A stretch of 32,000 bases of DNA. Origin: Salmonella phage STP-SP2. The first letter of the stretch is position 1. The number at the start of each line of letters is the position of its first letter. Where the stretch lies: sequence record OR485018.1, one strand, 5' to 3'. Below are positions 7,725 through 15,751 of the stretch, piece after piece. A model generated the notes under the pieces. That model was given only the letters and a program-made list of their open reading frames with translations, was not told the origin of the DNA and did not search any database. Both the position numbers and the translations under genes were made by a program.

Positions 7725-7917
7725 TTCCTACGCAGTGAATAGTTCTAATATAGCGTTAAAACGCCCTCAAACGCATTCTAGCGCGTTTAATTTTGTTGGG
7801 GATACTAAAACACGGGTAAAATTGGAGGAGGCTTAGAAATTAGTTAGCTCGCTAACGATCACACAAGGCGACACGTAACACCCTAACCATTAGCAGGCTA
7901 ACCATCGCGGGCGCGGT

Positions 7918-7940
7918 CAAATGAGAATCATTCTCATTTG
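7918..7940. promoter_or_regulatory. Fur-box-like palindrome CAAATGAGAATCATTCTCATTTG
   Basis: 11-nt perfect arms around one central base; 12/14 match to TGATAATNATTATCA. Confidence 0.5.
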
Positions 7941-7980
7941 AAAATTGGGGGCACTTCCTGATAGTTGCGCCCCGTGATTA

Positions 7981-8094
7981 TTATAGTAGTGGGCAACCGT
8001 TACGCTTTGCCCACTCCCACCACTCATCTTGATGCCTAGACTTGCGACGGCGTACTAAAAACCGTTTATACCAGTGATTAAACCATCGTTTCAT
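7981..8094 (-). CDS. Small basic protein (MKRWFNHWYKRFLVRRRKSRHQDEWWEWAKRNGCPLL), not in ORF track
   Basis: 37-aa ORF, start overlaps upstream gene stop (ATGA), GGAGG six nt upstream. Confidence 0.6.
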   Translation of the reverse strand: MKRWFNHWYKRFLVRRRKSRHQDEWWEWAKRNGCPLL

Positions 8095-8294
8095 AAATCC
8101 TCCTCCGGTAGTCGATGCGTGATTTTTTCCTCCTCCCCGTAGGAATCCGCCAAATGCTGATAATAACCATCGTGATCATAAATCACTTTATCATACTCGC
8201 CACGCTCAACCGCTTGCCGATTCTCCGGCGTATCGGGCACGTAAAAAACATCAACCATTGTACTAGTTTTGGTCACAATAATTTTATTGCTCAT
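8091..8294 (-). CDS. Hypothetical pre-early protein
   Basis: MSNKIIVTKTSTMVDVFYVPDTPENR.. with ctaggag RBS; shorter start than track. Confidence 0.7.
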   Translation of the reverse strand: MSNKIIVTKTSTMVDVFYVPDTPENRQAVERGEYDKVIYDHDGYYQHLADSYGEEEKITHRLPEEDL

Positions 8295-8394
8295 AATAAC
8301 TCCTAGTAAATATATTTTTGCCAATAGTGGCGAACGTTATCGCCACCAGCGGAATCATTAGCTGCCTCAACATTACCAACGAAAATATATAATT

Positions 8395-8739
8395 TCATTG
8401 CGCCACCTTTCGAAACGCTGTTTCAATACTATCCGCAGTGGATTGAATATACGCGCCTTTCATTATCAGGCGCTCGGTACATACCTTGCGGAAAATATTA
8501 ATAAAATCATCTTCGTTTTCTGCAATTAATGCTTCCCCCATAACCTGAACGTCACAAGATGCAAAGGTCAAAAATTGAAACGCTAGTTCACGGGCAACGA
8601 CCGCATTGATTTTATAGTGCGCCTTACCCTCATAAATATTAATAACGCCCTTATAAGCTGGGGAAAGCTGGTTTAAGTAGTTTGCTAATAATGCCGGACG
8701 GCAATTAGCAACAAAACGATTGCCTTCATAAATAACCAT
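8395..8739 (-). CDS. Hypothetical pre-early protein
   Basis: MVIYEGNRFVANCRPALLANYLNQ..; start just after upstream gene stop (track start 8778 overlaps it). Confidence 0.7.
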   Translation of the reverse strand: MVIYEGNRFVANCRPALLANYLNQLSPAYKGVINIYEGKAHYKINAVVARELAFQFLTFASCDVQVMGEALIAENEDDFINIFRKVCTERLIMKGAYIQSTADSIETAFRKVAQ

Positions 8740-8740
8740 T

Positions 8741-8953
8741 TTATAACACCCCACGAAACGCAGCGTAAAAGGTGGCAAAGTGTTTAACTGTTTCAGCTAT
8801 CACGTTGCCGCGCTTGTCAAATTTCTTTTCTGTAACACGAAAGGCATTTTTATTACGTGCTACATATTCGATTTTACAGTCTTCACGTTCGAACGTGTTA
8901 ACGTCCACCAGCTTAAAGCCTTTCGAACGTGCAAGGGAAACGTTGCGGATCAT
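8741..8953 (-). CDS. Hypothetical pre-early protein
   Basis: 70 aa with GGAG RBS upstream. Confidence 0.7.
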   Translation of the reverse strand: MIRNVSLARSKGFKLVDVNTFEREDCKIEYVARNKNAFRVTEKKFDKRGNVIAETVKHFATFYAAFRGVL

Positions 8954-8955
8954 TT

Positions 8956-9105
8956 TTATTCTCCTTTACCAGTCATGCAGCCCAGCAGATAAGAAAACGC
9001 GGCGACACCCGCGCCGATAATAACGGCGTGAACACCGAAAGCTATTGCAAATAATGATAAAATAGCGCCCAAGATACCCGCTAAAATAGCTCGAAAAATA
9101 ACCAT
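8956..9105 (-). CDS. Small membrane protein (MVIFRAILAGILGAILSLFAIAFGVHAVIIGAGVAAFSYLLGCMTGKGE), not in ORF track
   Basis: 49-aa ORF with AGGAGG upstream, fills gap between genes. Confidence 0.7.
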   Translation of the reverse strand: MVIFRAILAGILGAILSLFAIAFGVHAVIIGAGVAAFSYLLGCMTGKGE

Positions 9106-9154
9106 TTGTGATAGCCTCCTAGTCAGTGGGGCGAAAGTAACGCCCCGTTATTAA

Positions 9155-9385
9155 TTACATTAAAACAATTTTTGCAGCTTGCTTTTTAGTGCAATGTTCA
9201 GCTTTCAGGGTATCCAGCAAAAAGCCAGCCGTTTGCTGATCGATTTTATCGGCGTTATATAGTTCCTGTATGGTATTATAAGTTTTAGCAATGCCGAACT
9301 CCTGCACCATTTCATGAATAATGACGCGGTTAGATACCCAGCCTTGCGCGGTAAACAGATGACTAGCAGAAGAGTATGCAACCAT
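9155..9385 (-). CDS. Hypothetical pre-early protein
   Basis: MVAYSSASHLFTAQGW.. preceded by tggaggcttaaa; shorter than the track ORF. Confidence 0.7.
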   Translation of the reverse strand: MVAYSSASHLFTAQGWVSNRVIIHEMVQEFGIAKTYNTIQELYNADKIDQQTAGFLLDTLKAEHCTKKQAAKIVLM

Positions 9386-9490
9386 TTTAAGCCTCCAAAT
9401 TTTTGGGAAAATTTTCAATCCACCGTTTTGGTGTAAAGGCATTATAACAAAAAAGGCCACCATAAAAGGCGACCTTTACAAAACTTTACA

Positions 9491-9985
9491 TTAGACTACT
9501 TGTAAGGATTCAACATTGAAACATCGTTTTAATTCATCATGCAAAACAGCGTATTCCTCCCATCGGGAGCTATCAGGAATATAAACAAGCTGTTTTAATC
9601 GATTTGAGTATATTACCGCTTTGTTACCAACTATCTCGACGCCGCCATATTTAATAATTAATTTCATGACGGAATTAATAGGATCGCCGCCGTTTACATA
9701 TGTGCCGGATTTACTTAGCTGATAATGATAAAGGCTTGCATATACGTTTTCATTTTCATACCATTCGCCAGCCTCTTCGTCTTCATAGCCATCGCTACCA
9801 AAACGAGAAGCATTATCCATAGCCATTTCGTGAGCTAAAGCGTCCAGATCCGTACCAGCAGGAACAAAATATTCCTCGGTGTTCCCTTCCCCGCAATAGC
9901 CAGTATGACAATCGACTAAAATGATCATATCATGTTTAGCCGTGCTCATCTCTCCTAGCGAGAAGCCGTATTTTTCCTCAGCCAT
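9491..9985 (-). CDS. Hypothetical pre-early protein, acidic
   Basis: 164 aa with AGGAGG upstream. Confidence 0.75.
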   Translation of the reverse strand: MAEEKYGFSLGEMSTAKHDMIILVDCHTGYCGEGNTEEYFVPAGTDLDALAHEMAMDNASRFGSDGYEDEEAGEWYENENVYASLYHYQLSKSGTYVNGGDPINSVMKLIIKYGGVEIVGNKAVIYSNRLKQLVYIPDSSRWEEYAVLHDELKRCFNVESLQVV

Positions 9986-10050
9986 TTATTAGCCTCCTAT
10001 TAATTAGTAAGGGAATAGTAAGGTGGGGAAACAATCCCCACTAGTTATTA

Positions 10051-11043
10051 TTACTCGCTTTCGGTGTTAGTGGTAAAAGTAGAAATATCGATACCTTTTA
10101 CCATTTCATCAATCATCTCAGCAATGTTAAAACTTTGCACCATTTCCAACATTGCCGCTTCCATAGCTGCCCCTGCTACCGCTTTCGCCTTTTGGTTACT
10201 CGGTGCGTACTGGTCAACCGCTACACTCAGCAGGTTGGCAATCACTACTCGACCAATAGGCGTATCAATATAACCTTTAATCATAAACGGTGCTTTTTTA
10301 GCCGCTACTTTCGTGATTTGAGTCAGTGCAATTTTACCCGCTTCCAGTTTTGCAGCATTTACAACAGCGGATTTATTAGCGGCAACGATGTTAGCAATCT
10401 TGGTCATGGTATTTTTTCCTTTATTTTCAGTAGTTTGAGTGTTAACGCTTTGAGTGTTAGAATTTACATCATATTTTTCTACGCTGTCAATAATCTGATC
10501 CTCATCTTTCCAGAAAGTAAAACCGGCTTCCTGTATCAGATCATTATAAACATACGGGTATAATTCCGACGGTAGCAAAAAATTGCCATCATCATCAAAA
10601 GCCATTACAGCCGCCAGACGATACCCGTCACCAATTGACCGATTCCAGCCAACTGATAAATAACGCCAAAATGAATCGAGAAAATTTTCTACGTCATAAA
10701 GATCATTATCATTAGCCTCATAATTTTCTATTGAAAAAACTTCTAAGCCCGCCCCAGTATCATAGGCTTTTACCGTGCTACCTTTTACGATTATGAAATC
10801 AGTATCCGGCCCGCGGCTAGTAAGCAGGTGATGATCCCGATTGTACAAAACAAGCGTTGCCCCTTGCTTGTATAGTTGCAAAAAACTACTCATATCATAG
10901 GCGTCGAAATCATCAAAAAAATTTTGATGAATATCTTCCGCCTTGTTAATAAAGTGCCGGATGCTGGTTGTTCTGCTACCATCCAGCAGGTTACGCAGCG
11001 CACCTTTTAAAACGGTAGCATTATCAGGTTTGTACAGCCTCAT
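10051..11043 (-). CDS. Hypothetical pre-early protein; two-part architecture
   Basis: 330-aa ORF; C-terminal part preceded by a second start/RBS (see findings). Confidence 0.75.
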   Translation of the reverse strand: MRLYKPDNATVLKGALRNLLDGSRTTSIRHFINKAEDIHQNFFDDFDAYDMSSFLQLYKQGATLVLYNRDHHLLTSRGPDTDFIIVKGSTVKAYDTGAGLEVFSIENYEANDNDLYDVENFLDSFWRYLSVGWNRSIGDGYRLAAVMAFDDDGNFLLPSELYPYVYNDLIQEAGFTFWKDEDQIIDSVEKYDVNSNTQSVNTQTTENKGKNTMTKIANIVAANKSAVVNAAKLEAGKIALTQITKVAAKKAPFMIKGYIDTPIGRVVIANLLSVAVDQYAPSNQKAKAVAGAAMEAAMLEMVQSFNIAEMIDEMVKGIDISTFTTNTESE

Positions 11044-11310
11044 TTGTTCGGCCCCCCTCGTTAATCGGTGAGTGAATGATAAAGGTAAATTTCTAGCATA
11101 GGCAAATATTATTTTACCTTTTTATTTTCCTTGCCTAGCGCCTATTTTTATGATAACCGCGCAGCGGTGTAATAAAGAGCAAAACACGGCGAAGCCACCA
11201 GGCCGCCGCATTGAGGCTTTACTTTAATATTACCTTACAGCGTTTAGCTCGCTAGAATGCGTTTTAGGCCGCTTAAAATTGATTGCAGTTGTTAACACTA
11301 CCTTTCTACC

Positions 11311-11442
11311 CTGTATATTTATACAGTAGGATAACCTGTGGATAAGTCTGTGCAAAAGTCCTTATATCGCCGCCTATCGTGTCAAGTCAAAAAGTGCTGT
11401 GGATAACTTTGTGTATAACTTAAATGATAGTGGTTCTCACTT
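11311..11442 (-). repeat. Right arm of 132-nt inverted repeat, containing LexA-like site 11311-11326 and DnaA boxes 11337-11345 and 11398-11406 (minus orientation)
   Basis: See left arm; CTGTATATTTATACAG and two TGTGGATAA. Confidence 0.9.
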
Positions 11443-11668
11443 AGCTAGATGATTTCTTATAGTTATTATTTCTCATTAATTTATATGTATATTATATATC
11501 ATGAAATAGTTAGTTGGCTAATGAGATTTTTCCGTGATTAATAGTCTGCTAATAGTTTAGGCTGTTACAATCCACCAGCATGATTATCATCCTAACAATT
11601 ATAAGCCTGCTATCTTTCCAATACATAATAACAAACAAAAGTCAATTAATTTATTTCATAAAATAAGT

Positions 11669-11746
11669 AGTTATCCACTGGAAAATAAAAGTCAAGTGGA
11701 TAACTAGGAAAATTTCATTTTTGCTTTTGGGGATAAGTTATCAACA
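11669..11746. promoter_or_regulatory. Additional near-consensus DnaA boxes, two forming an inverted pair
   Basis: AGTTATCCACT (11669-11679) / AGTGGATAACT (11695-11705) perfect inverted pair; TTATCAACA 11738-11746. Confidence 0.6.
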
Positions 11747-12094
11747 AGGCTAGAATGCGCCTAAAACGCCCTAGAACGCGATGAAGTTTTTAGCCATCCC
11801 ATCATAAGGGGGCACGCCGTTTATCGCTGCCACGAGCTTTTTAGATTTTGTCAAGTAGGGCAAAGCAAATATAAATGAAAAAATTACTTGCCTATTTGCT
11901 CTGTTTTGTGGTATTCGCGCGCCCGTTTCTTTTAATTTTAGGCCGTCGCCGCACGCCGTCCGGTGAATCGTGTCTTTACGTTTCTTTACAAAAATAAGGT
12001 TGCGCCATTTTCGGGAATCCCCTATTATTTATCTCGTAGGGCGGCAATGACGAACTACACGGCGGGAAGTTTACCGCCTCGCTCTTTAAAAATT

Positions 12095-12385
12095 GGGTAC
12101 ATCTTAAAGCCTATCGGCGGTAAACTTATTCATTATAAGGAATCGACGATATGAAACAAACGCTTTTGATCACTGGCAAGCCTATTAAGGCACTAGATAG
12201 CAAAACAAAAAATTTGTTGACAGTAGCGCAAAGATCGGTAAAATACCGATTCAGGCAGTACAAGAAAGGTCGCCAGCAAGGTCTGGAAATGATCTGGCGA
12301 AATATTATGATTGACCTAAAAGAAAATCATAAAAAATTGCAAAAAATTGTTTGACAACCTAGCCGATAGGTTTTAAGATGTACAC
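12095..12385. repeat. 24-nt inverted repeat (12095-12118 / 12362-12385) flanking a 67-aa ORF
   Basis: GCCGATAGGYTTTAAGATGTAC-C, 22/24 identical in inverted orientation. Confidence 0.85.
12151..12354 (+). CDS. Small basic pre-early protein
   Basis: 67 aa, aagga RBS. Confidence 0.65.
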   Translation: MKQTLLITGKPIKALDSKTKNLLTVAQRSVKYRFRQYKKGRQQGLEMIWRNIMIDLKENHKKLQKIV

Positions 12386-12581
12386 AGTTCGATAAGAGCG
12401 ATAACTTGATAAAATTTGACGGTCGGTGCTTACCATAATGCATCCCGCCCCCTAACTGGGATATAGCGGCCTACGTGGAGTTCTTTAAATTGATTAAACT
12501 GGCGAGCGGATTGTTACTTATTACCTGCCACCTTCTAGCAGGTAATGCGGAACAATCCATCAAATAACTGGAGTTTATATT

Positions 12582-12833
12582 ATGCAAAACGTTATTACCG
12601 CGCCTAAAATTGGTCAATCCGTCTTCATTCCTTTCGTTACTAAAACGGATGAATTAACCGGAAAAGCCGAACGTATTAAAGGTGCGGCGCTTATGCCGTT
12701 CGATACAATCGACGCGGTATATGCTGAAAATGAACGCAGTAACAACGGCAAGCCCGTTTTTAGCGTTCGCGTTAAATCCGGCGACGTTGTAAAGGTTGTT
12801 CAACGCAACGAAAAATGGGAAGCTGTGTTGTAA
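12582..12833 (+). CDS. Small pre-early protein
   Basis: 83 aa, tggag RBS. Confidence 0.75.
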   Translation: MQNVITAPKIGQSVFIPFVTKTDELTGKAERIKGAALMPFDTIDAVYAENERSNNGKPVFSVRVKSGDVVKVVQRNEKWEAVL

Positions 12834-12846
12834 TTTAGTGTTAACT

Positions 12847-12876
12847 TTATATCCCCCTTATTTCAGGGGGATATAA
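12847..12876. terminator. Intergenic hairpin TTATATCCCCC-8nt-GGGGGATATAA
   Basis: 11-bp perfect stem; no U-tract. Confidence 0.5.
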
Positions 12877-12931
12877 CGATTAACATTAAGTTAATCTAAT
12901 CCCTTAAATTAAACTAATAGGAGTTTTTATC

Positions 12932-13339
12932 ATGACTAACGCAAAAACCGCAAAATTCGCATGGAACGAAGAAAACACTCAGAAAGCTGTTTCTATGTAC
13001 CAGCAGTTAATCAACGAAAACGGTTTAGATTTTGCAAATAGCGACGGCCTGAAAGAGATTGCAAAAGCAGTAGGCGCGGCCTCCCCCGTATCCGTTCGGT
13101 CAAAATTGACCAGTGCAAAAGCCTATCAAAAAAGCGATAAGCCGCGTAAAGTTGGCGGCGGTAGCTCTGTGCGTAAAGCTCACTATGTGCGCGTTATCGC
13201 TAAACATGCTATTGATTCCGGCATTATCAAAGACGCCGATGATCTGGCAAGCCTTGAAAGTGCAAAACTTGAAACGCTGGACGCAGTAGCGCAATTGTTA
13301 GGCGTTGCCGATGAGGTAAAACAAGCCGCAGGCGAATAA
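12932..13339 (+). CDS. A2: T5 A2-like pre-early protein (DNA transfer, second-step transfer)
   Basis: 135 aa, as expected for T5 A2; located with A1 and dmp. Confidence 0.75.
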   Translation: MTNAKTAKFAWNEENTQKAVSMYQQLINENGLDFANSDGLKEIAKAVGAASPVSVRSKLTSAKAYQKSDKPRKVGGGSSVRKAHYVRVIAKHAIDSGIIKDADDLASLESAKLETLDAVAQLLGVADEVKQAAGE

Positions 13340-13429
13340 TAGTTATACCTTGCCCCCTTCTAGTGAGGGGGCAATAATATAACTGTTTAGCGATAGTTAT
13401 TTTCTTCCCTTAAATCAGGAGTTTTAAAA

Positions 13430-13627
13430 ATGGTTTTCTTTCCTACTGAATCTTTAATTCTAGGCTTATTTATTATGGCGGCCTCCCTATTATTCGCTTA
13501 TTTTCAAAATGATTTAGATTCGTATTATTTTAAACGTAAATCTAAATTAGCAAAGCGTTTAGGTCTGATTTGTTTTATTGCCGCCGTTGCTTGTGGTGTT
13601 AGTTCTAGCCTTATGCCTTTAAATTAA
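13430..13627 (+). CDS. Small membrane protein
   Basis: 65 aa with two hydrophobic segments, caggag RBS. Confidence 0.7.
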   Translation: MVFFPTESLILGLFIMAASLLFAYFQNDLDSYYFKRKSKLAKRLGLICFIAAVACGVSSSLMPLN

Positions 13628-13717
13628 TGTTGCAAATTATAACGCCTATTATTCGAGGCGTTATATTTGGCAATATTGCCATTATTAACCTAGTCCCTTT
13701 AATGGAGTTTTATTACT

Positions 13718-15388
13718 ATGATTATTTCCGCAGAAAAACAAACCGTTATCCTGAAAATGGCCGCTGACTTTAATTTCTATGGTAAACGTCTGCGCGCTAC
13801 TAAATTGGAGGTCTGCGACGATATATCAAAAGCGGTCTACGATACAACGAAACATTCAACCGCTATCTGCGACTGGCTGGAAGCAAACAAACCAGCTAAA
13901 CCGAAAGCGGCAAAAGTAGCAAAAGCCATTAAAAACGATGAGCGCCCAGAAGCGGCGGGAATTGTTTCTAGCACGGTTGAGCAATGGGAAGTAAAACAGG
14001 GTAAACGCTTTATTATTACGTCGATTCAGAATAATACTTTCCCGCATAAAAACTTTTTAGCCTCACTGGAGCAATTTGCTAAATATATCGGCGCTGATTT
14101 GCTTGTTTCTAAGTATATTTATAATAAAAACGGATTCCAAAATGGAGAAGGTGCGGATGGAATCAAATATGATTCCGCTTTTGATAAATATATTTGCAGC
14201 AAAAACGTGTTTTTAAATAACCGCCGTTTTGCTTTTATGGCTGAAATTAATGTTTTGCCAACCGCAGATTATCCGCTTTCAGGATTCGCAGAAACTGCAA
14301 CCGCGCTCAATATTGAGGGGCTTGCGATTGGTCACGCTAAAATTACCGCCGAAAGCGTGCCAGCTTTAAAAGGTGAAGTAGTGCGCCGTATGTATTCAAC
14401 CGGAACGGCAACGCTCAAAAACTACATTCAGCAGAAAGCAGGACAAAAGGCCGAGGCGCTGCATAACTTCGGTGCGCTGATTGTTGAGTTCGATGATGAT
14501 GGGGAATTTTTTGTTCGCCAGCTTGAAACAATGGACGAAAGCGGGGTGTTTTATGATCTGAATGTGTGCGCTACTCCTGCCGGATGCTATGAGACATCGG
14601 GGCATGTTTTAGGCTTGCAATACGGCGATATTCACGCCGAAAAATTAGATGAAGAGTGTGCCGCTGCATCTTGGGGGCATGGTGACACCTATGGGCTTGT
14701 GGATATTCTTAAACCAAAATATCAGTTTGTGCATGACGTGCATGATTTTACATCACGCAACCATCATAACCGTGCATCCGGTGTATTCCTAGCGAAACAG
14801 TACGCCGCCGGACGTGATAAAGTTCTGGATGACCTTATCGATACGGGGCGCGTGCTGGAATCAATGGAACGTGATTTCTCGCAAACAATCATTGTTGAAT
14901 CGAATCACGATTTGGCGTTATCCCGTTGGCTTGATGATCGTAATGCTAACATCAAAGACGATCCCGCGAACGCCGAGTTATATCACCGCCTGAATGCTGC
15001 AATTTACGCGGCAATCGGTGAACATGACGAAACGTTTAACGTGCTAGACTATGCGCTGCGCAAGGTTGCAGGTTGTGAGTTTAACGCCATTTTCCTAACC
15101 ACTGACCAATCTTTCAAGATTGCAGGTATTGAATGCGGCGTACACGGTCACAATGGCATTAACGGCAGCCGTGGCAATCCTAAACAATTTAAGAAATTGG
15201 GTAAATTGAACACGGGGCACACTCATACCGCCAGCATTTATGGCGGCGTCTATACCGCTGGCGTTGCTGGTAGTCTGGATATGGGTTACAACGTTGGCGC
15301 GTCAAGCTGGACGCAAACGCATTTAATTACCTATGCAAATGGTCAAAGAACATTGATTGACTTTAAGAACGGTAAATTCTTTGCATAA
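13718..15388 (+). CDS. A1: T5 A1-like pre-early protein, metallophosphoesterase-like motifs
   Basis: 556 aa as recalled for T5 A1; contains GDIHAE, ESNHD, GVHGHNG, TGHTHT motifs. Confidence 0.85.
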   Translation: MIISAEKQTVILKMAADFNFYGKRLRATKLEVCDDISKAVYDTTKHSTAICDWLEANKPAKPKAAKVAKAIKNDERPEAAGIVSSTVEQWEVKQGKRFIITSIQNNTFPHKNFLASLEQFAKYIGADLLVSKYIYNKNGFQNGEGADGIKYDSAFDKYICSKNVFLNNRRFAFMAEINVLPTADYPLSGFAETATALNIEGLAIGHAKITAESVPALKGEVVRRMYSTGTATLKNYIQQKAGQKAEALHNFGALIVEFDDDGEFFVRQLETMDESGVFYDLNVCATPAGCYETSGHVLGLQYGDIHAEKLDEECAAASWGHGDTYGLVDILKPKYQFVHDVHDFTSRNHHNRASGVFLAKQYAAGRDKVLDDLIDTGRVLESMERDFSQTIIVESNHDLALSRWLDDRNANIKDDPANAELYHRLNAAIYAAIGEHDETFNVLDYALRKVAGCEFNAIFLTTDQSFKIAGIECGVHGHNGINGSRGNPKQFKKLGKLNTGHTHTASIYGGVYTAGVAGSLDMGYNVGASSWTQTHLITYANGQRTLIDFKNGKFFA

Positions 15389-15440
15389 TTAAATTTAATC
15401 GGCGGTTGAAATATACCGCCATTAATAAAAGGTTTATTAA

Positions 15441-15719
15441 ATGGCTAGTAAAATTAATATATCTATCCCTGATAGCAATTGTTTAGAAGATATTGCATGG
15501 TCTGAAATGTCTTTTGATAGTTGCGTTTATTTAGTTACCCGTGGAATGTACGCGGGAATGTACGCCGTATGGGATAGTAATATTGGCGAAAATATGATCT
15601 TTTTCGGAAAAGGTTCTATTCAGGTAATGACAGGCGATTATCTTAATCAAGAAAGGAAGGACGGCGACGAAGTACATTTTCGTAAAACTGATTTATCTTT
15701 AAACGTATTTTTTCAATAA
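15441..15719 (+). CDS. Hypothetical pre-early protein
   Basis: 92-aa ORF between A1 and dmp. Confidence 0.7.
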   Translation: MASKINISIPDSNCLEDIAWSEMSFDSCVYLVTRGMYAGMYAVWDSNIGENMIFFGKGSIQVMTGDYLNQERKDGDEVHFRKTDLSLNVFFQ

Positions 15720-15751
15720 ATCCCGTAATTAAATAATCTGGAGTCATAAAC

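Noticed and set aside
8741-9020. Plus-strand ORFs 8772-9020 and 8780-8992
   Set aside because: Antisense to a minus-strand operon with consistent RBS and coupling.
7591-11442. Invertible DNA segment mediated by the 132-nt inverted repeat
   Set aside because: No recombinase gene identified nearby and arms are diverged between blocks; kept only as regulatory/structural repeat.
11963-12154. 63-aa ORF as a gene
   Set aside because: GTG start, poor RBS, and overlaps multiple inverted repeats; coding status not supportable.
12095-12385. Terminal inverted repeats of an IS element
   Set aside because: Only a 67-aa non-transposase ORF inside, no target duplication recognised.
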